A stretch of 64,000 nucleotides of DNA from Anaeromyxobacteraceae bacterium (GCA_047602405.1 JASGHJ010000002.1:608001-672000), one strand, 5' to 3'. Shown: positions 19,692 to 30,183, counted from the first letter of the stretch. The notes: generated from the letters alone by a model not told the origin. Program-made: numbers and translations.

Positions 19692-21244
19692 GCGCGGATC
19701 CCGGCCTGCGGGTGGTGGTGCTCGCCCCGTCCATGCGCGACGGGCCGCTCACGGTCGAGCTCCTGGGCCGCGCCGGCGTCGCCTGCGACATCGCGGAGGA
19801 CGCGCCGCACCTCTTCGCTGCGCTGGAGGAGGGGGTGGGCGCGGCGGTGATCGCCGACGAGGGGCTCTCCCCCGATTCGCTCGCGAGGCTGACCGCGCTC
19901 CTGCGCCGGCAGGCGCCGTGGTCCGACCTGCCGGTGCTGCTGCTCACCCGGTCGCGCGCGCGGGGCGGGCCGCCGCCGGAGGCCCTGGAGGCGCTCTCGG
20001 GAAACTCGAACGTCGTGCTCCTGGAGCGGCCGATCCAGGGGGTGACGCTCGTCGCCGCGGTCCGGTCGGCGCTCCGCGCGAGGGCGCGCCAGTACGCGAC
20101 CCGCGACCTGCTCGACCGCCTGGCCGGATCCATCCGCTCGCGCGACCAGTTCCTCGCGCTCCTCGGGCACGAGCTGCGCAACCCGCTCGGCGCCATCACG
20201 CTCGCGAGCGAGCTCCTCGATCGCGGCGCGGACCCGGGTCGGCCGCGCGAGATCATCGCCCGGCAGAGCCGGAAGCTCTCCCGGCTCGTCGACGACCTCC
20301 TCGAGGTCTCCCGGGTGACCTCCGGCAAGATCGAGCTCCGGCCCGCGAGGCTGGACCTGCGGGAGGTAGTCGCCTCCTCCCTCGCGCTCGTGGAGTCCAC
20401 CGCAGCCCAGCGCGGCGTCGTGCTCGAGGTCTCGCTGCCCGACCGGCCGGTCGCGCTCGAGGGCGACGCCGTCCGGCTCGAGCAGGTCACCGGCAACCTG
20501 CTCGTGAACGCGGTGAAGTACACGCCGCCGGGCGGGCGGGTCACCGTGCTCCTCGACGCCGCGGGCGGGCGTGCCCGCCTGCGGGTGCGGGACACCGGCG
20601 CCGGCATCCCGCCCACCGAGCTCGAGCGGATCTTCGAGCCGTTCGCGCAGGCCCGCACGACGCTCGCCCGCAGCGAGGGCGGCCTCGGGCTCGGCCTCGC
20701 CCTCGTGCGGGGGCTGGTCGCCATGCACGGCGGAGAGGTCGTGGCGCGCAGCGACGGCGAGGGCCTGGGCAGCGAGTTCGAGGTCTCCCTGCCGCTCGAG
20801 CGGCCCGCGGCGCTCACGCCCGTCGCCGTCGCCGCCCCCGCCGCGCCCGGGCGCGGGGCCGCGCGCGCGCGCCGAGTCCTCGTCGTCGAGGACAACCCCG
20901 ACAACGCGGACGCGCTGAGGCTCCTCCTCGAGCGGATGGGCCACGCCGTGGAGGTGGCCGGCGACGGTCCGGGCGGGGTCTCCTGCGCGCTCGCCCACCG
21001 CCCCGAGGTGCTCCTCGTGGACATCGGGCTGCCGGGCTTCGACGGCTACGAGGTCGCCCGGCGGGTGCGCGCGGCCCTGGGCCCGGCGCCCTACCTCGTC
21101 GCGCTCTCCGGCTACGGTCAGGCCCGCGACCGGGAGCAGGCGCGCCAGGCGGGCTTCGACCTGCACCTCACGAAGCCGGCCACGCCCGAGCGCCTCGAGC
21201 AGATCGTGGGCCGCCCCGCGATGGCGCGCGGCGCGTCCGCCTGA
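19688..21244 (+). CDS. Hybrid sensor histidine kinase/response regulator
   Basis: Degenerate N-terminal REC, LGHELRNPL, NAVKYTP, DTGAGI, GLGLGL, C-terminal REC VVEDN...DIGLPGFDG. TTGA overlap with the KaiC-like gene. Confidence 0.9.
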   Translation: MSADPGLRVVVLAPSMRDGPLTVELLGRAGVACDIAEDAPHLFAALEEGVGAAVIADEGLSPDSLARLTALLRRQAPWSDLPVLLLTRSRARGGPPPEALEALSGNSNVVLLERPIQGVTLVAAVRSALRARARQYATRDLLDRLAGSIRSRDQFLALLGHELRNPLGAITLASELLDRGADPGRPREIIARQSRKLSRLVDDLLEVSRVTSGKIELRPARLDLREVVASSLALVESTAAQRGVVLEVSLPDRPVALEGDAVRLEQVTGNLLVNAVKYTPPGGRVTVLLDAAGGRARLRVRDTGAGIPPTELERIFEPFAQARTTLARSEGGLGLGLALVRGLVAMHGGEVVARSDGEGLGSEFEVSLPLERPAALTPVAVAAPAAPGRGAARARRVLVVEDNPDNADALRLLLERMGHAVEVAGDGPGGVSCALAHRPEVLLVDIGLPGFDGYEVARRVRAALGPAPYLVALSGYGQARDREQARQAGFDLHLTKPATPERLEQIVGRPAMARGASA

Positions 21245-21245
21245 G

Positions 21246-22346
21246 TCACGACCGCCCCTCCGCGGGTGCGAGCGCCGCGGCCCTGCGCGCGCGGCGCCAG
21301 CCGAGCACGCGGTCGCGCAGCCCGAGGGCGGGCCGCTCCACGAGCCGGTACGAGAGCTCGGCCACGGCGAGCGCCGCGAGCACGTTCAGGGGGAACCGCC
21401 CGAGCGCGAGGTTCCGCGCCTCGCCGGAGAAGAACGGCTGCTGCCAGAGGTACAGGCTGTACGACAGCACGCCCACGTGTGCGACCGCGGGCAGGTTGAG
21501 GAGCCGGCCGACCGCGGAGGCGGGGTTGCGCAGCGCCCACACGAGGATGCTCGCGACCGCGAGCGCCTCGAGCGTGTAGCGCACCGGGTACTCGTACCAG
21601 CCGTGGAAGCGCAGGACCAGCAGGGGGGAGGCGACCGCGAGGAACGCCGCCGAGAGGAGCGCCGCGGGCCCGCTCGCGGCCGTCGCGAGCGCGCGCGACG
21701 GCGCCGGGCCGAGGAGCCGGCCGCGCTCCAGCGCGACGAGGCAGCCGACCGCCAGCGCGTCCATCCGCGCGTGGAACATGAACGAGAGGCTCTCCCAGGG
21801 CGACAGGAGGTGGTGCACGGAGCGGATGACGGGCGAGGCGAGCAGCACCAGGAGCGCCACGCGGACGCCGCGGCGCCCCGCGACCGCGAGGGTCGCCGGC
21901 CAGAGCAGGTAGAACTGCTCCTCGACCGAGAGCGACCAGGTGTGCCCGAGCCACCAGCCCGCGCGCAGGTAGTCGGTCAGGAACAGGAGCGTGTGGCGGA
22001 ACGCACCTTCCGGCGGCGGCGGCGCGAGGAGCGCCACCGCGGCCACGTAGACCCAGAGCGGGGGCAGGATGCGGAACGCCCGGCGCAGGTAGAACTCGCC
22101 GAGCGAGATCCGGCCCCGCCGGGCCTGCTCGCGGGCGAGCAGCGTCGTGATGATGAACCCGCTGATCCCGAAGAAGAGCGTGACCCCGAGCGGCCCGAGG
22201 TTCTCGAGGAGCGCGATCGGGACCGATTCGGGGTGCTCCCGGCCGGCCGCGAAGAACGAGTGCGCCACGAGGACGCAGGCGATCGAGACGGCCCGGAGCC
22301 CGTCGAGCGACGGGACGCGGTCGCCGACCGGCGGCGTGCTGGACAT
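21246..22346 (-). CDS. Acyltransferase 3 family (OafA-like)
   Basis: SLDGLRAVSI, FFGISGFII, FYLRRAFRILPP, HTWSLSVEEQFY, SYSLYLWQ. Confidence 0.92.
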   Translation of the reverse strand: MSSTPPVGDRVPSLDGLRAVSIACVLVAHSFFAAGREHPESVPIALLENLGPLGVTLFFGISGFIITTLLAREQARRGRISLGEFYLRRAFRILPPLWVYVAAVALLAPPPPEGAFRHTLLFLTDYLRAGWWLGHTWSLSVEEQFYLLWPATLAVAGRRGVRVALLVLLASPVIRSVHHLLSPWESLSFMFHARMDALAVGCLVALERGRLLGPAPSRALATAASGPAALLSAAFLAVASPLLVLRFHGWYEYPVRYTLEALAVASILVWALRNPASAVGRLLNLPAVAHVGVLSYSLYLWQQPFFSGEARNLALGRFPLNVLAALAVAELSYRLVERPALGLRDRVLGWRRARRAAALAPAEGRS

Positions 22347-22443
22347 GCGCGGGCTCCCCCGTCGAGGAACCTGCGCCCTGCGAGGGCGACCGCCCAGCCT
22401 CCCCGCGAGACGTCCCGCCCCGGGGTGCGGCCGCGCCGGCGGG

Positions 22444-23157
22444 TCACTCCGCGGCGAAGCGGAGCGGCATCACCACCCAGAGCGAGACCGGCTGGCCGGA
22501 CGGGTCGGCCCCGGCGACCCAGCGGCAGTCCTGCACCGCCTGCCAGATGGCGGCGGCGATGCGGTCGGGGACGCCGCCGGTGAGCGTGGAGAACCGCGCG
22601 GGCGTGCCGTCCCGGCCGACCGCGAACTTCACGGTCACGGGCCCGGACACGAAGCCGGCGAGGTCGCGCGGTACGCGCAGGCCCTGCTGCACGCACAGGC
22701 GCTGCGCCAGGGCGGGCGCGCGGAACCCGGCCTGCGCGTAGAGCGTCTCCTCGGTCACGCCGCCCGCGCCGTTGCCGCCCGCGATGGGCGCGGTGCCCGG
22801 CACGAAGTCCGGATCGGCCGGGCCGTCGCCCACCGGCGCCGGATCGGGCGGGCCGGGCTCCGTCGCGGCGACGGGAGGGACGTCGACGGGCTGGACGATC
22901 GTGTCGCGCGGCGGCGTCGGCCGCGCCAGGCGCGGGGCGGGCTGCGAGGCCGGCCGGGGAGCTGCCGGCGGCCTCGAGGGGAGGATCACCGGCTGGCCGA
23001 TGGGCACGGGCGGCTGCTCGGGCGGAGGCCGGGCGACGAGCGTCGCGAGCACGAGGGCGGCGACGAGGATCCCCTGCAGGCCGGTCGAGCCGAGCAGGTA
23101 GAGGGCGCGGGTCGCCGTCTGGCGACCGGTCTCGCGGGCGGTGACGTCTGCGAACAT
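22444..23157 (-). CDS. Energy transducer TonB-like protein
   Basis: GAGGAGG RBS, N-terminal TM segment, Pro-rich linker, C-terminal VTVKFAVGRDG...PLRF. Confidence 0.7.
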   Translation of the reverse strand: MFADVTARETGRQTATRALYLLGSTGLQGILVAALVLATLVARPPPEQPPVPIGQPVILPSRPPAAPRPASQPAPRLARPTPPRDTIVQPVDVPPVAATEPGPPDPAPVGDGPADPDFVPGTAPIAGGNGAGGVTEETLYAQAGFRAPALAQRLCVQQGLRVPRDLAGFVSGPVTVKFAVGRDGTPARFSTLTGGVPDRIAAAIWQAVQDCRWVAGADPSGQPVSLWVVMPLRFAAE

Positions 23158-23265
23158 GGGGCCTCCTCGTGGGCGCACCTAGCGTGAAGGAGCCGGATCG
23201 CTCCCGTCAACGGGCCCGCCCATGAGGGTCCAACGCGCGGCCGCCCTGGAGGATCTGCGCCTCGT

Positions 23266-24207
23266 TCACGGGGGAGGGCACGGCGGGGTGAGCCCGAGCG
23301 CGGCGGCGTCCACCCGGTAGACGTCCCTGAGGCCGTTGCCGGGCCCGCGCAGCGCTGCCGCGAGGCCGGCCGCGTCCCGGCGCACGCCGCGCCGCCGCCT
23401 GAAATCGTTCCTGTTGCTCGTGAAGTAGAACGTCCGGCCGTCCGGCGAGAGCCGCGGCCCGAAGTCCCACCCCTCGGAGTTCACCCCTGCGCCGAGGGGC
23501 CGGGGAGGGGTGAAGCCGCCGGCGCACGCGAAGCTGACGAAGAGGTCGTACTGCCCCGCGCCGCCCGCGCGGCCCCGGGCGGCGAAGACGAGCGTCCGCC
23601 CGTCGCCGGACACGAGCGGCTCGATCTCCGCGTCCGGGCCGTTCACGGCCGGCCCCAGGTTCTCCGGCGGGCCGAAGCGGTCGCCCAGCCAGCGGGCGCG
23701 CCACAGATCCGACTTCCCGGCGCCGCCCGGCCGCTCGGAGCCGAAGTAGATCGTCCCGTCGTCGGAGAGTGTCGGGAACCACTCGTCCGCGGGCGACGAG
23801 AGCTCCTCCAGGTGCCGGGGCGGTCCCCACCGCCCGTCCGCCCGGCGATCCATGACCCAGAGCTCGGTGTCCGGCCGCGGGAGGTCCCCGCCGTCGGTCG
23901 GGCGGTTCGAGATGAAGTACAGGTGCGCCCCGTCCCGGGTGACGAAGACGTCGCCGTCGTCCCACTCGCCGCTCCAGGGCGCGACCTCGGGCGGTGTCCA
24001 GCCCGCGCCCGACCGCCGGCTCTCCATCACCGTCCAGTGCGCGAAGTCCGGCGTGCTGCGCAGGAAGTACATGGTCTGGCCGTCCGGCGTGAATGCGACG
24101 TGCGCGTCGTCGTCGCCCGTCGACACGACGCCCTCGAGGAAGCGCGCGGGTGGCGCGTGCGGCGCGGCGGCGGCGACGAGGAGCGAGAGCGCGGCGAGGG
24201 CGAGCAT
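23266..24207 (-). CDS. Secreted PD40/TolB-like beta-propeller protein
   Basis: Signal peptide, repeated FTPDG, LSDDG, SPDGRTFYFTSNR, ENLGPAVN. Confidence 0.8.
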   Translation of the reverse strand: MLALAALSLLVAAAAPHAPPARFLEGVVSTGDDDAHVAFTPDGQTMYFLRSTPDFAHWTVMESRRSGAGWTPPEVAPWSGEWDDGDVFVTRDGAHLYFISNRPTDGGDLPRPDTELWVMDRRADGRWGPPRHLEELSSPADEWFPTLSDDGTIYFGSERPGGAGKSDLWRARWLGDRFGPPENLGPAVNGPDAEIEPLVSGDGRTLVFAARGRAGGAGQYDLFVSFACAGGFTPPRPLGAGVNSEGWDFGPRLSPDGRTFYFTSNRNDFRRRRGVRRDAAGLAAALRGPGNGLRDVYRVDAAALGLTPPCPPP

Positions 24208-24217
24208 GCCCCCGACG

Positions 24218-25021
24218 CTAGCCGCGCCCGCCGCGCCGCGCTTCCAGGAACGTGCGCGGCGCGGAGCCCAGCACGCTGCGGAACGCATCGGTGAGGTGGG
24301 CGTGGTGCGCGAAGCCGAGCTCGAGCGCGAGCCGCGCGAGCGCGCCGCGCCCGCCCTCGAGCGCCTCGAGGGCGGCGAGCACCCGGAGCTGCCGGCGGTA
24401 CGCGCGGACGGGCATGCCGGTCGTGGCGCGGAAGACGCGCATGAGGTGGAACGGGGAGGCGCCGACCCCGGCGGCGAGCGCCCCGATCGGCAGGTTCCGG
24501 TCGAGCTCCGCCGCGAGCCGGGCCTTCACCGCGTCGACGAGCCGCCGGTCCCGCCGGCCCGGCGGAGGGTCCCCGCGGCGCCCGCCGGCCCGGGCGATCT
24601 CGCCGACGAGCTCGAGCGCGGCCTCCTCGCCGGGCAGGCCCGAGGTCCCGGCCGCCAGCGCCGCGCGGAGGCGCGCGAGCAGGACGTGGGCCCGCGGGGT
24701 CGCGCCGAACGCCACCCGGGGCGAGGCGCCGAAGGCCTCGTCGGCGAGCCCGGGCGCGAGCTCGAGGACGGTCAGGTCGTCGCCCCCGTCGACGGGGTGG
24801 CTCACCCGGTAGGCGTCGCCTCCCCGGTGGAGGAGCGCGGTGCAGGCGTCGCCGAGGTGCGCCCGGGCGCCGAGGTGGTAGACGAACGCGCCGCGGCGGA
24901 CGAGGGCGAGGTGGGTCGGCTCGTCGCCGCGCTCCGGGCCCGGGCCCGCGCGGGGGCTCCGGCAGCGGACGTCGAGGACGCCGACCGAGGGCGACGCGAG
25001 GCGGAGGTGGACGGCGGCCAC
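24218..25021 (-). CDS. AraC family transcriptional regulator
   Basis: SPFHLMRVFRATTG, LALELGFAHHAHLTDAFR. Confidence 0.88.
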   Translation of the reverse strand: MAAVHLRLASPSVGVLDVRCRSPRAGPGPERGDEPTHLALVRRGAFVYHLGARAHLGDACTALLHRGGDAYRVSHPVDGGDDLTVLELAPGLADEAFGASPRVAFGATPRAHVLLARLRAALAAGTSGLPGEEAALELVGEIARAGGRRGDPPPGRRDRRLVDAVKARLAAELDRNLPIGALAAGVGASPFHLMRVFRATTGMPVRAYRRQLRVLAALEALEGGRGALARLALELGFAHHAHLTDAFRSVLGSAPRTFLEARRGGRG

Positions 25022-25030
25022 CGCGGAAGC

Positions 25031-25666
25031 CTAGCGCCGGGCCCTCCCGTAGGCCCGCGGATCGAGGCCATGCCGGAACGCGACGCTCACGCGGGGGCCG
25101 GCCCGCGCGACCTTCGGGACCGCGTGCTCCCACGCGAGGTTCGCGGTCCCGCCCATCACGAGGAGGTCGCCGGCGCCCAGCGGGAACGCGAGGGAGCGGC
25201 CGCCGCCGCGGCGGCGGAGGCGGAGGGTCCGCGGGCTCCCCAGCGAGAGGAGCGCGATGACGGGCTCGGCGACCTCCCTCGCGATGCGGTCGGCGTGCCA
25301 GGCCACGCCGTCGCGACCGTCCCGGTAGAGGTTGAACCCGGCCGAGTCGAAGGCGACGCCGTACCGGGTCGAGAGCGCCTGGCGCACGGCCTCGAGCGCC
25401 GCCGGCTCGAGCGGCGCGCCGGAGGCGAGCTCCCAGTGATCGGTGAGGCGGGGCTCCGGCACCCGGCGGTCCCACATCCAGCGCGTGCGCTGGCCCCAGT
25501 CGCGCGCCGCGAGCACCGCCTCGAGGAGCCCGTCCGCGCCGGTCACCCAGCCCCGGCCGAGCTCGAGCCAGGAGGTCGCGTCGAGCGCGATCCGCTGGAC
25601 GTGCGAGAAGCCGGCGTCGAAGGCGGTCGGGCCGGCGTCGAGGAGGGAGGGCTGGAACGGCTCCAC
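25031..25666 (-). CDS. AlkB-family 2OG-Fe(II) dioxygenase
   Basis: NLYRDGRDGVAWHAD, SLGSPR, WEHAVPK, RVSVAFR. Confidence 0.9.
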   Translation of the reverse strand: MEPFQPSLLDAGPTAFDAGFSHVQRIALDATSWLELGRGWVTGADGLLEAVLAARDWGQRTRWMWDRRVPEPRLTDHWELASGAPLEPAALEAVRQALSTRYGVAFDSAGFNLYRDGRDGVAWHADRIAREVAEPVIALLSLGSPRTLRLRRRGGGRSLAFPLGAGDLLVMGGTANLAWEHAVPKVARAGPRVSVAFRHGLDPRAYGRARR

Positions 25667-25763
25667 CCGCTGTCGTTACCCGGCGGGTGCGCCGCCCGCA
25701 GGCGACGGGCGGCGGGGTGCTCGTCCTCCCCACGGGGGCGCGTCCCTTCGCTAGACTCCCCGG

Positions 25764-26465
25764 ATGCCCGCCCGACGCCGCGCCCGGAGCCCGTGGTTCA
25801 CGCCCGCGCTCTTCCGGTTCCTCGAGGAGCTGCGCCTCCACAACGACCGCGACTGGTTCGCCCGGAACAAGGACCGCTACCTCGCCGACGTCCGCGACCC
25901 GATGCTCCGCTTCGTCGCCGACGTGGGGCCGGTGCTCCGGAAGCTCGCCCCGCGCCTCGTCGCCGACCCGAAGCCCGTCGGCGGCTCGATGTTCCGCATC
26001 CAGCGGGACACCCGCTTCGCGAAGGACAAGTCGCCCTACAAGACGAACGCCGCCGCGGTGTTCCGGCACGAGGCCGGGCGCGACGTGCACGCGCCGGGGC
26101 TCTACGTCTCCCTGGGACCGGGCGAGGTCGAGGTCGGCGGGGGCGTCTGGCACCCGGAGCCCGAGCACCTCCGGCTGCTGAGGAGGTCGATGGTCGACTC
26201 GCCGGCCGCGTGGAAGAAGGCGCTGGGCGCGAAGGGCGTCTCTCGGCTCACCTGGTGCGGCGACGTGCTCACCCGCACGCCGAAGGGCTACCCCGAGGAC
26301 CACCCGCTCGACGCCTGGCTGCGCAAGAAGGACCTCGCGGCCGGCGCGACGCTCACCGAGCGCGACGCGCTCGCCCCGGACTTCCTCGACCGGTGCGCCG
26401 AGATTCGGCGGCCGCTGACGCCCGCCCTCTCGGTGATGACGAGGGCGGTCGGGCTGCGCTGGTGA
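25764..26465 (+). CDS. DUF2461 (TIGR02453) family protein
   Basis: LRLHNDRDWF, FRIQRDTRFAKDKSPYK, PKGYPEDHP. Confidence 0.88.
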   Translation: MPARRRARSPWFTPALFRFLEELRLHNDRDWFARNKDRYLADVRDPMLRFVADVGPVLRKLAPRLVADPKPVGGSMFRIQRDTRFAKDKSPYKTNAAAVFRHEAGRDVHAPGLYVSLGPGEVEVGGGVWHPEPEHLRLLRRSMVDSPAAWKKALGAKGVSRLTWCGDVLTRTPKGYPEDHPLDAWLRKKDLAAGATLTERDALAPDFLDRCAEIRRPLTPALSVMTRAVGLRW

Positions 26466-26496
26466 CGCGCCGGGCGCCGGCGGTGGCGCGCCCCGG

Positions 26497-29400
26497 TCAG
26501 AACCGGATCAGCTGCGCGCGGGCCGCCTCGGCCTCGAACGCCTCCTCCCACCGCGGCCCGGAGAGCCGCTCCGCGAGCGCGACCGCGAGGTGCTTCGGCG
26601 CGTAGCCGAGCGGCACGTTCCGGCCGAGCCCCTGGATGCAGGAGGGGCAGTTCGTCAGGATGGTCGTGGCCGGGGTCTCGTGCCTCGCCTCCGCGAGGGC
26701 GCCGCGCTTTCTGTGCAGCATGGCGTCGGTGATGTCGGGGCGCGAGAGCGCGAGCGTGCCGGCCTCCGAGCAGCAGTGCGGCACCGCGTGCACCTGGCCG
26801 AAGCCGCCGAGCCGGTCGAGCACCTTCAGCGCCTTCCCCTCGAGCGAGTCGTGGCAGGGGGCGTGGTAGAGCGCCTCGCCGTCGCCGCCGGCGGGGGCCT
26901 CGAGGCCGCGCTCGGCGGCGTAGGCCGCGACGTCCACGATGCGCCCGCCGAAGACCCGGCCCGCCTCCATCTCGGCGAGCCCCTCCCGGCAGGTGCCGCA
27001 GGTGACCACGCAGCCGTCGAAGGTGAGGTGGGCGAACATCTCCCGGATCTGGGCGAAGAGGATCGTGTCGTGCAGCTGCGTGCGGCCGTGCTGCTCGGTG
27101 CGCGCGTTCACGCGAGCCGGGAAGCCGCAGCACAGGAACGGCGGCGGCAGGATGACCCGCGTCCCGGTGGCGAGGAGGACATGCAGCGCCGCCATCGAGA
27201 TGCCGGAGTACAGCCGCTCCGAGCCGCAACCCGGGAAGTAGAAGACCGTGCGCGTCGCCGCGCCGGTGGCCGGGTCTCCGGCGGCGGGCGGCTCGAACAC
27301 GAGCACCTGGTCGGGCTCGCAGGCGGGCAGGACGTCGCGCAGGGTCCGCTGCGGCACCTTCGGCACCGGCGAGCGCAGCATGACGAGCGGGTAGGGGCCC
27401 GGGCCGCCGCCGGCGGGCTGGAGCGGCGCCGCGATCGCGCAGCCCATCCGCTGCACCGCCCCGCCGAGCTGGACCACGCCGGCGCGGAAGACCGCGTTGA
27501 AGGTGGGCGAGCGGCTGTCGAGGTACCTGAGCGTCGCGTTCGTCGCCGGGGTGCTCGACTTGTAGCCCCAGGAGGCGAGGAGCTCGCGCTCGAGGATCGA
27601 GACCTTCCCGGAGTCGATGTCGACCGGGCAGGGCGCGAAGCACTTGTGGCAGACGGTGCAGTGGTCGGCGACCTCCTCGAGCCAGCGCAGGAGCTCGAAG
27701 CGCGTCGAGCGCTCGCGCTGCGCGTCGTAGAGGAGGGCCTCGATGAGCGCGCCGATGGCGAGGTTCTTGTTGCGCGGGTGGAAGAACATCCCGCGGCCCG
27801 GGTGGTAGGTGCAGCAGTCGGGCTTGCACTTGCCGCAGCGGACGCAGTGGGCGATCGCCTTCGCGAGCGCCTCGAGCTGCCCGTGCTGCAGGATGCGCGC
27901 CTCGAGCTCGAGCAGGTTGAACGACGGCGTGTAGACCTGGTCGAGGACCGCCCGGTCCTCGAGCTTCCGCGGGTTCATCACGCCGCCGGGGTCCACCGCG
28001 GCGCGGTGGCGGGCGAGCTCCTCGACCCGGCCGGGCTCGAGGTACTTGAGCTTCGTGACGCCGATGCCGTGCTCGCCGGAGACGACGCCGCCCAGCGAGA
28101 CGACCTTCGCCATCACCTTGTCGAGCACGTGGTCGGTCCGCTCGAGCATCTCCCGGTCGTTCGAGAGCACCGGGACGTTCACGTGCACGTTGCCGTCGCC
28201 CGCGTGCATGTGGGTGGCGAGCGCGATGCGCCGGTCGCGCGCGTGGCCGTGCACCTGCTCGAGCGCCTCGACCACCCCGGGGTGGCCGCGGAAGAGCTGG
28301 CCGAGGTCCCGGCGGAGCTCGGCGGTCACCTGCAGCGCGCGCACCGCCGCGGGCCCCGCGCCGGCGAGCGCCTCCCTGGCCTTCCCGAGCCGGTCGAGCG
28401 CGGCGGGGGCCTTGTCGGCCGCCTGGCCCTTGCCGCCGTCGCCGCCGGCCGCCTGCCGCAGCACCGCCTCGGCCCGGTCGAGGAACCGGCCCTGGGCGTG
28501 GCGCTCCTCGTCGACGTTGGTCGCCTCGACCCACCGCGCGAACTCCGCGAGGGCCTCGAGCGGCAGCACGATGTCCTCGTTCATCTTGAACGCGTTCGTG
28601 CGGCGCGCGATGGCGCCGAGGCGCTTGCGGTCGTGCCAGAAGCGCTTCCCCTCCGCCGCGTCGCGCGCGACGAAGAGCTCGGTCGAGGGGTGCGGCCCGA
28701 GGATGCTCCGGATCTTCGCGATGCCGCGCTCGACCTCGGCCTCGGCGTGGCCGACGACGTCGATGAGCAGCACCGCCCGCGGCGTCTCCGCGCGCGCCGC
28801 CTTCACCTGGTAGTCGATGGCCCGGACGTACTCGTCGTCGAAGTGCTCGAGCGCCGAGAGCGCCTCGTGCCCGTCGTTCGGGAACGGGAAGGCGCGGGCG
28901 AGGTCGAGGATCACCTCGGAGGCCTCGTCGAAGTCGGGGCCGAAGAACTCGAGGCAGAGCGTGCGCTGCGCCTCGTACTGCGGGTGGAGGATGAACTCGG
29001 CGGAGGTGATGACGCCGTCGGTGCCCTCCTTCTGGAGCCCGGGCACGCCGCCGAGGGCCTTGTTCGTGATGTCCTTCCAGAGCCCCTTCTTGCGGATCTC
29101 GGCGCCGGTGAGGGCGATGCGCCGGGGGGGCGCGCCCGAGCCGTCGTCGACCTCGAAGGTGACCGGGTCCTGGGGGAGGATCTTGCGGAGCCGGTGATCG
29201 ACGCGGCGCACCGTCCAGGTCCGGCCGCTCGGCATCGCCATCCGCCAGGAGAGCAGGTTGTCGATGCAGGTGCCCCACAGGACGCAGTCCTTGCCGCCCG
29301 CGTTCTCGGCGATGTTGCCGCCGATGGTGCAGGCCCACGCGCTCGTCGGGTCGGTCGCGAACACGAGCCCGCGCTCGGTGGCGTGCTCCATCGCGCGCTC

Positions 29401-30150
29401 GGTCACGACGCCGGCCTCGACCTCGAGCACCTTCGCGGCGCGAGCGACGCCGTCGACCTCGATCGTCCGCTCGGTGACGCCGCGGATGCGGTCGAGCCGC
29501 TCGGAGTTGACGACGACGCAGCGGGGGTGGAGCGGCACGGCGCCGCCGGTCAGGCCGGTGCCCGCGCCGCGCGGGATGGCCTTGAGGCCCAGGCGCGCGA
29601 TCGCGGCGAGGAGCGGCGCGACCTGCGCCTCGTCGGTGGGGAAGGTGACCGCGAGCGGGAGGTGGAGGCGCCAGTCGGTCGCGTCGGTCGCGTGCGACAC
29701 GAGGGTGAACGGGTCGAAGCGGACCGACTCCTGCCCGACCACGCCGCCGAGCTCGCGGGCGAGGAGCCTCCTCAGCTGAGGGGCGGCCTCGACGTCGGCC
29801 CGGAAGGCCGCGAGGGCGCGGCGGCTCTCGCCGAGCACCTCGAACACGAGGGCCTCGCCGCCGGCGTTGGCCTCGACGAGCGCGAGGTCCTTCTCGACGT
29901 TGGCGAAGAAGCGGCGCCGCCGCGCGCGGGACGAGACGAGCTCCTCGAAGAGGTAGGGGTTCCGGCGGTGGACGAGCAGCTCCCCGAAGAAGCGGTTGAG
30001 GAGCCGCGCGCTCCGGCCGGTCACCCGGCGGGTGCGCAGCTCCTCGAGGTGCCTCCAGACCGAGTCGCCGAGCAGGAGCGAGACGGCGCGCCGGTCGTCG
30101 GCGGAGGTGTAGTTGAACGGGATCTCACGGTGAGGAGCGGTGTCGCGCAC
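26497..30150 (-). CDS. Large FAD-binding/Fe-S oxidoreductase (DUF3683, GlcD/GlcF-like fusion)
   Basis: REIPFNYTS, PRGAGTGLTGG, HMHAGDGNVH, SGEHGIG, CVRCGKC, CTVCHKC...CPVDID, CCG domains. Confidence 0.9.
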   Translation of the reverse strand: MRDTAPHREIPFNYTSADDRRAVSLLLGDSVWRHLEELRTRRVTGRSARLLNRFFGELLVHRRNPYLFEELVSSRARRRRFFANVEKDLALVEANAGGEALVFEVLGESRRALAAFRADVEAAPQLRRLLARELGGVVGQESVRFDPFTLVSHATDATDWRLHLPLAVTFPTDEAQVAPLLAAIARLGLKAIPRGAGTGLTGGAVPLHPRCVVVNSERLDRIRGVTERTIEVDGVARAAKVLEVEAGVVTERAMEHATERGLVFATDPTSAWACTIGGNIAENAGGKDCVLWGTCIDNLLSWRMAMPSGRTWTVRRVDHRLRKILPQDPVTFEVDDGSGAPPRRIALTGAEIRKKGLWKDITNKALGGVPGLQKEGTDGVITSAEFILHPQYEAQRTLCLEFFGPDFDEASEVILDLARAFPFPNDGHEALSALEHFDDEYVRAIDYQVKAARAETPRAVLLIDVVGHAEAEVERGIAKIRSILGPHPSTELFVARDAAEGKRFWHDRKRLGAIARRTNAFKMNEDIVLPLEALAEFARWVEATNVDEERHAQGRFLDRAEAVLRQAAGGDGGKGQAADKAPAALDRLGKAREALAGAGPAAVRALQVTAELRRDLGQLFRGHPGVVEALEQVHGHARDRRIALATHMHAGDGNVHVNVPVLSNDREMLERTDHVLDKVMAKVVSLGGVVSGEHGIGVTKLKYLEPGRVEELARHRAAVDPGGVMNPRKLEDRAVLDQVYTPSFNLLELEARILQHGQLEALAKAIAHCVRCGKCKPDCCTYHPGRGMFFHPRNKNLAIGALIEALLYDAQRERSTRFELLRWLEEVADHCTVCHKCFAPCPVDIDSGKVSILERELLASWGYKSSTPATNATLRYLDSRSPTFNAVFRAGVVQLGGAVQRMGCAIAAPLQPAGGGPGPYPLVMLRSPVPKVPQRTLRDVLPACEPDQVLVFEPPAAGDPATGAATRTVFYFPGCGSERLYSGISMAALHVLLATGTRVILPPPFLCCGFPARVNARTEQHGRTQLHDTILFAQIREMFAHLTFDGCVVTCGTCREGLAEMEAGRVFGGRIVDVAAYAAERGLEAPAGGDGEALYHAPCHDSLEGKALKVLDRLGGFGQVHAVPHCCSEAGTLALSRPDITDAMLHRKRGALAEARHETPATTILTNCPSCIQGLGRNVPLGYAPKHLAVALAERLSGPRWEEAFEAEAARAQLIRF

Positions 30151-30183
30151 GCGGGTGGGCCTCTCGGGGGGAGGCGTCAGAGA

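Noticed and set aside
18248..21244. 998-aa KaiC-kinase fusion
   Set aside because: Artefact of the frameshift at ~18701. The middle is off-frame, and the KaiC-like C-half has its own stop at 19691.
25664..25700. PafBC-like promoter before alkB
   Set aside because: It shares ACCCGCCG and the spacing with the rmuC promoter but lacks the TGTC core; too weak to call.
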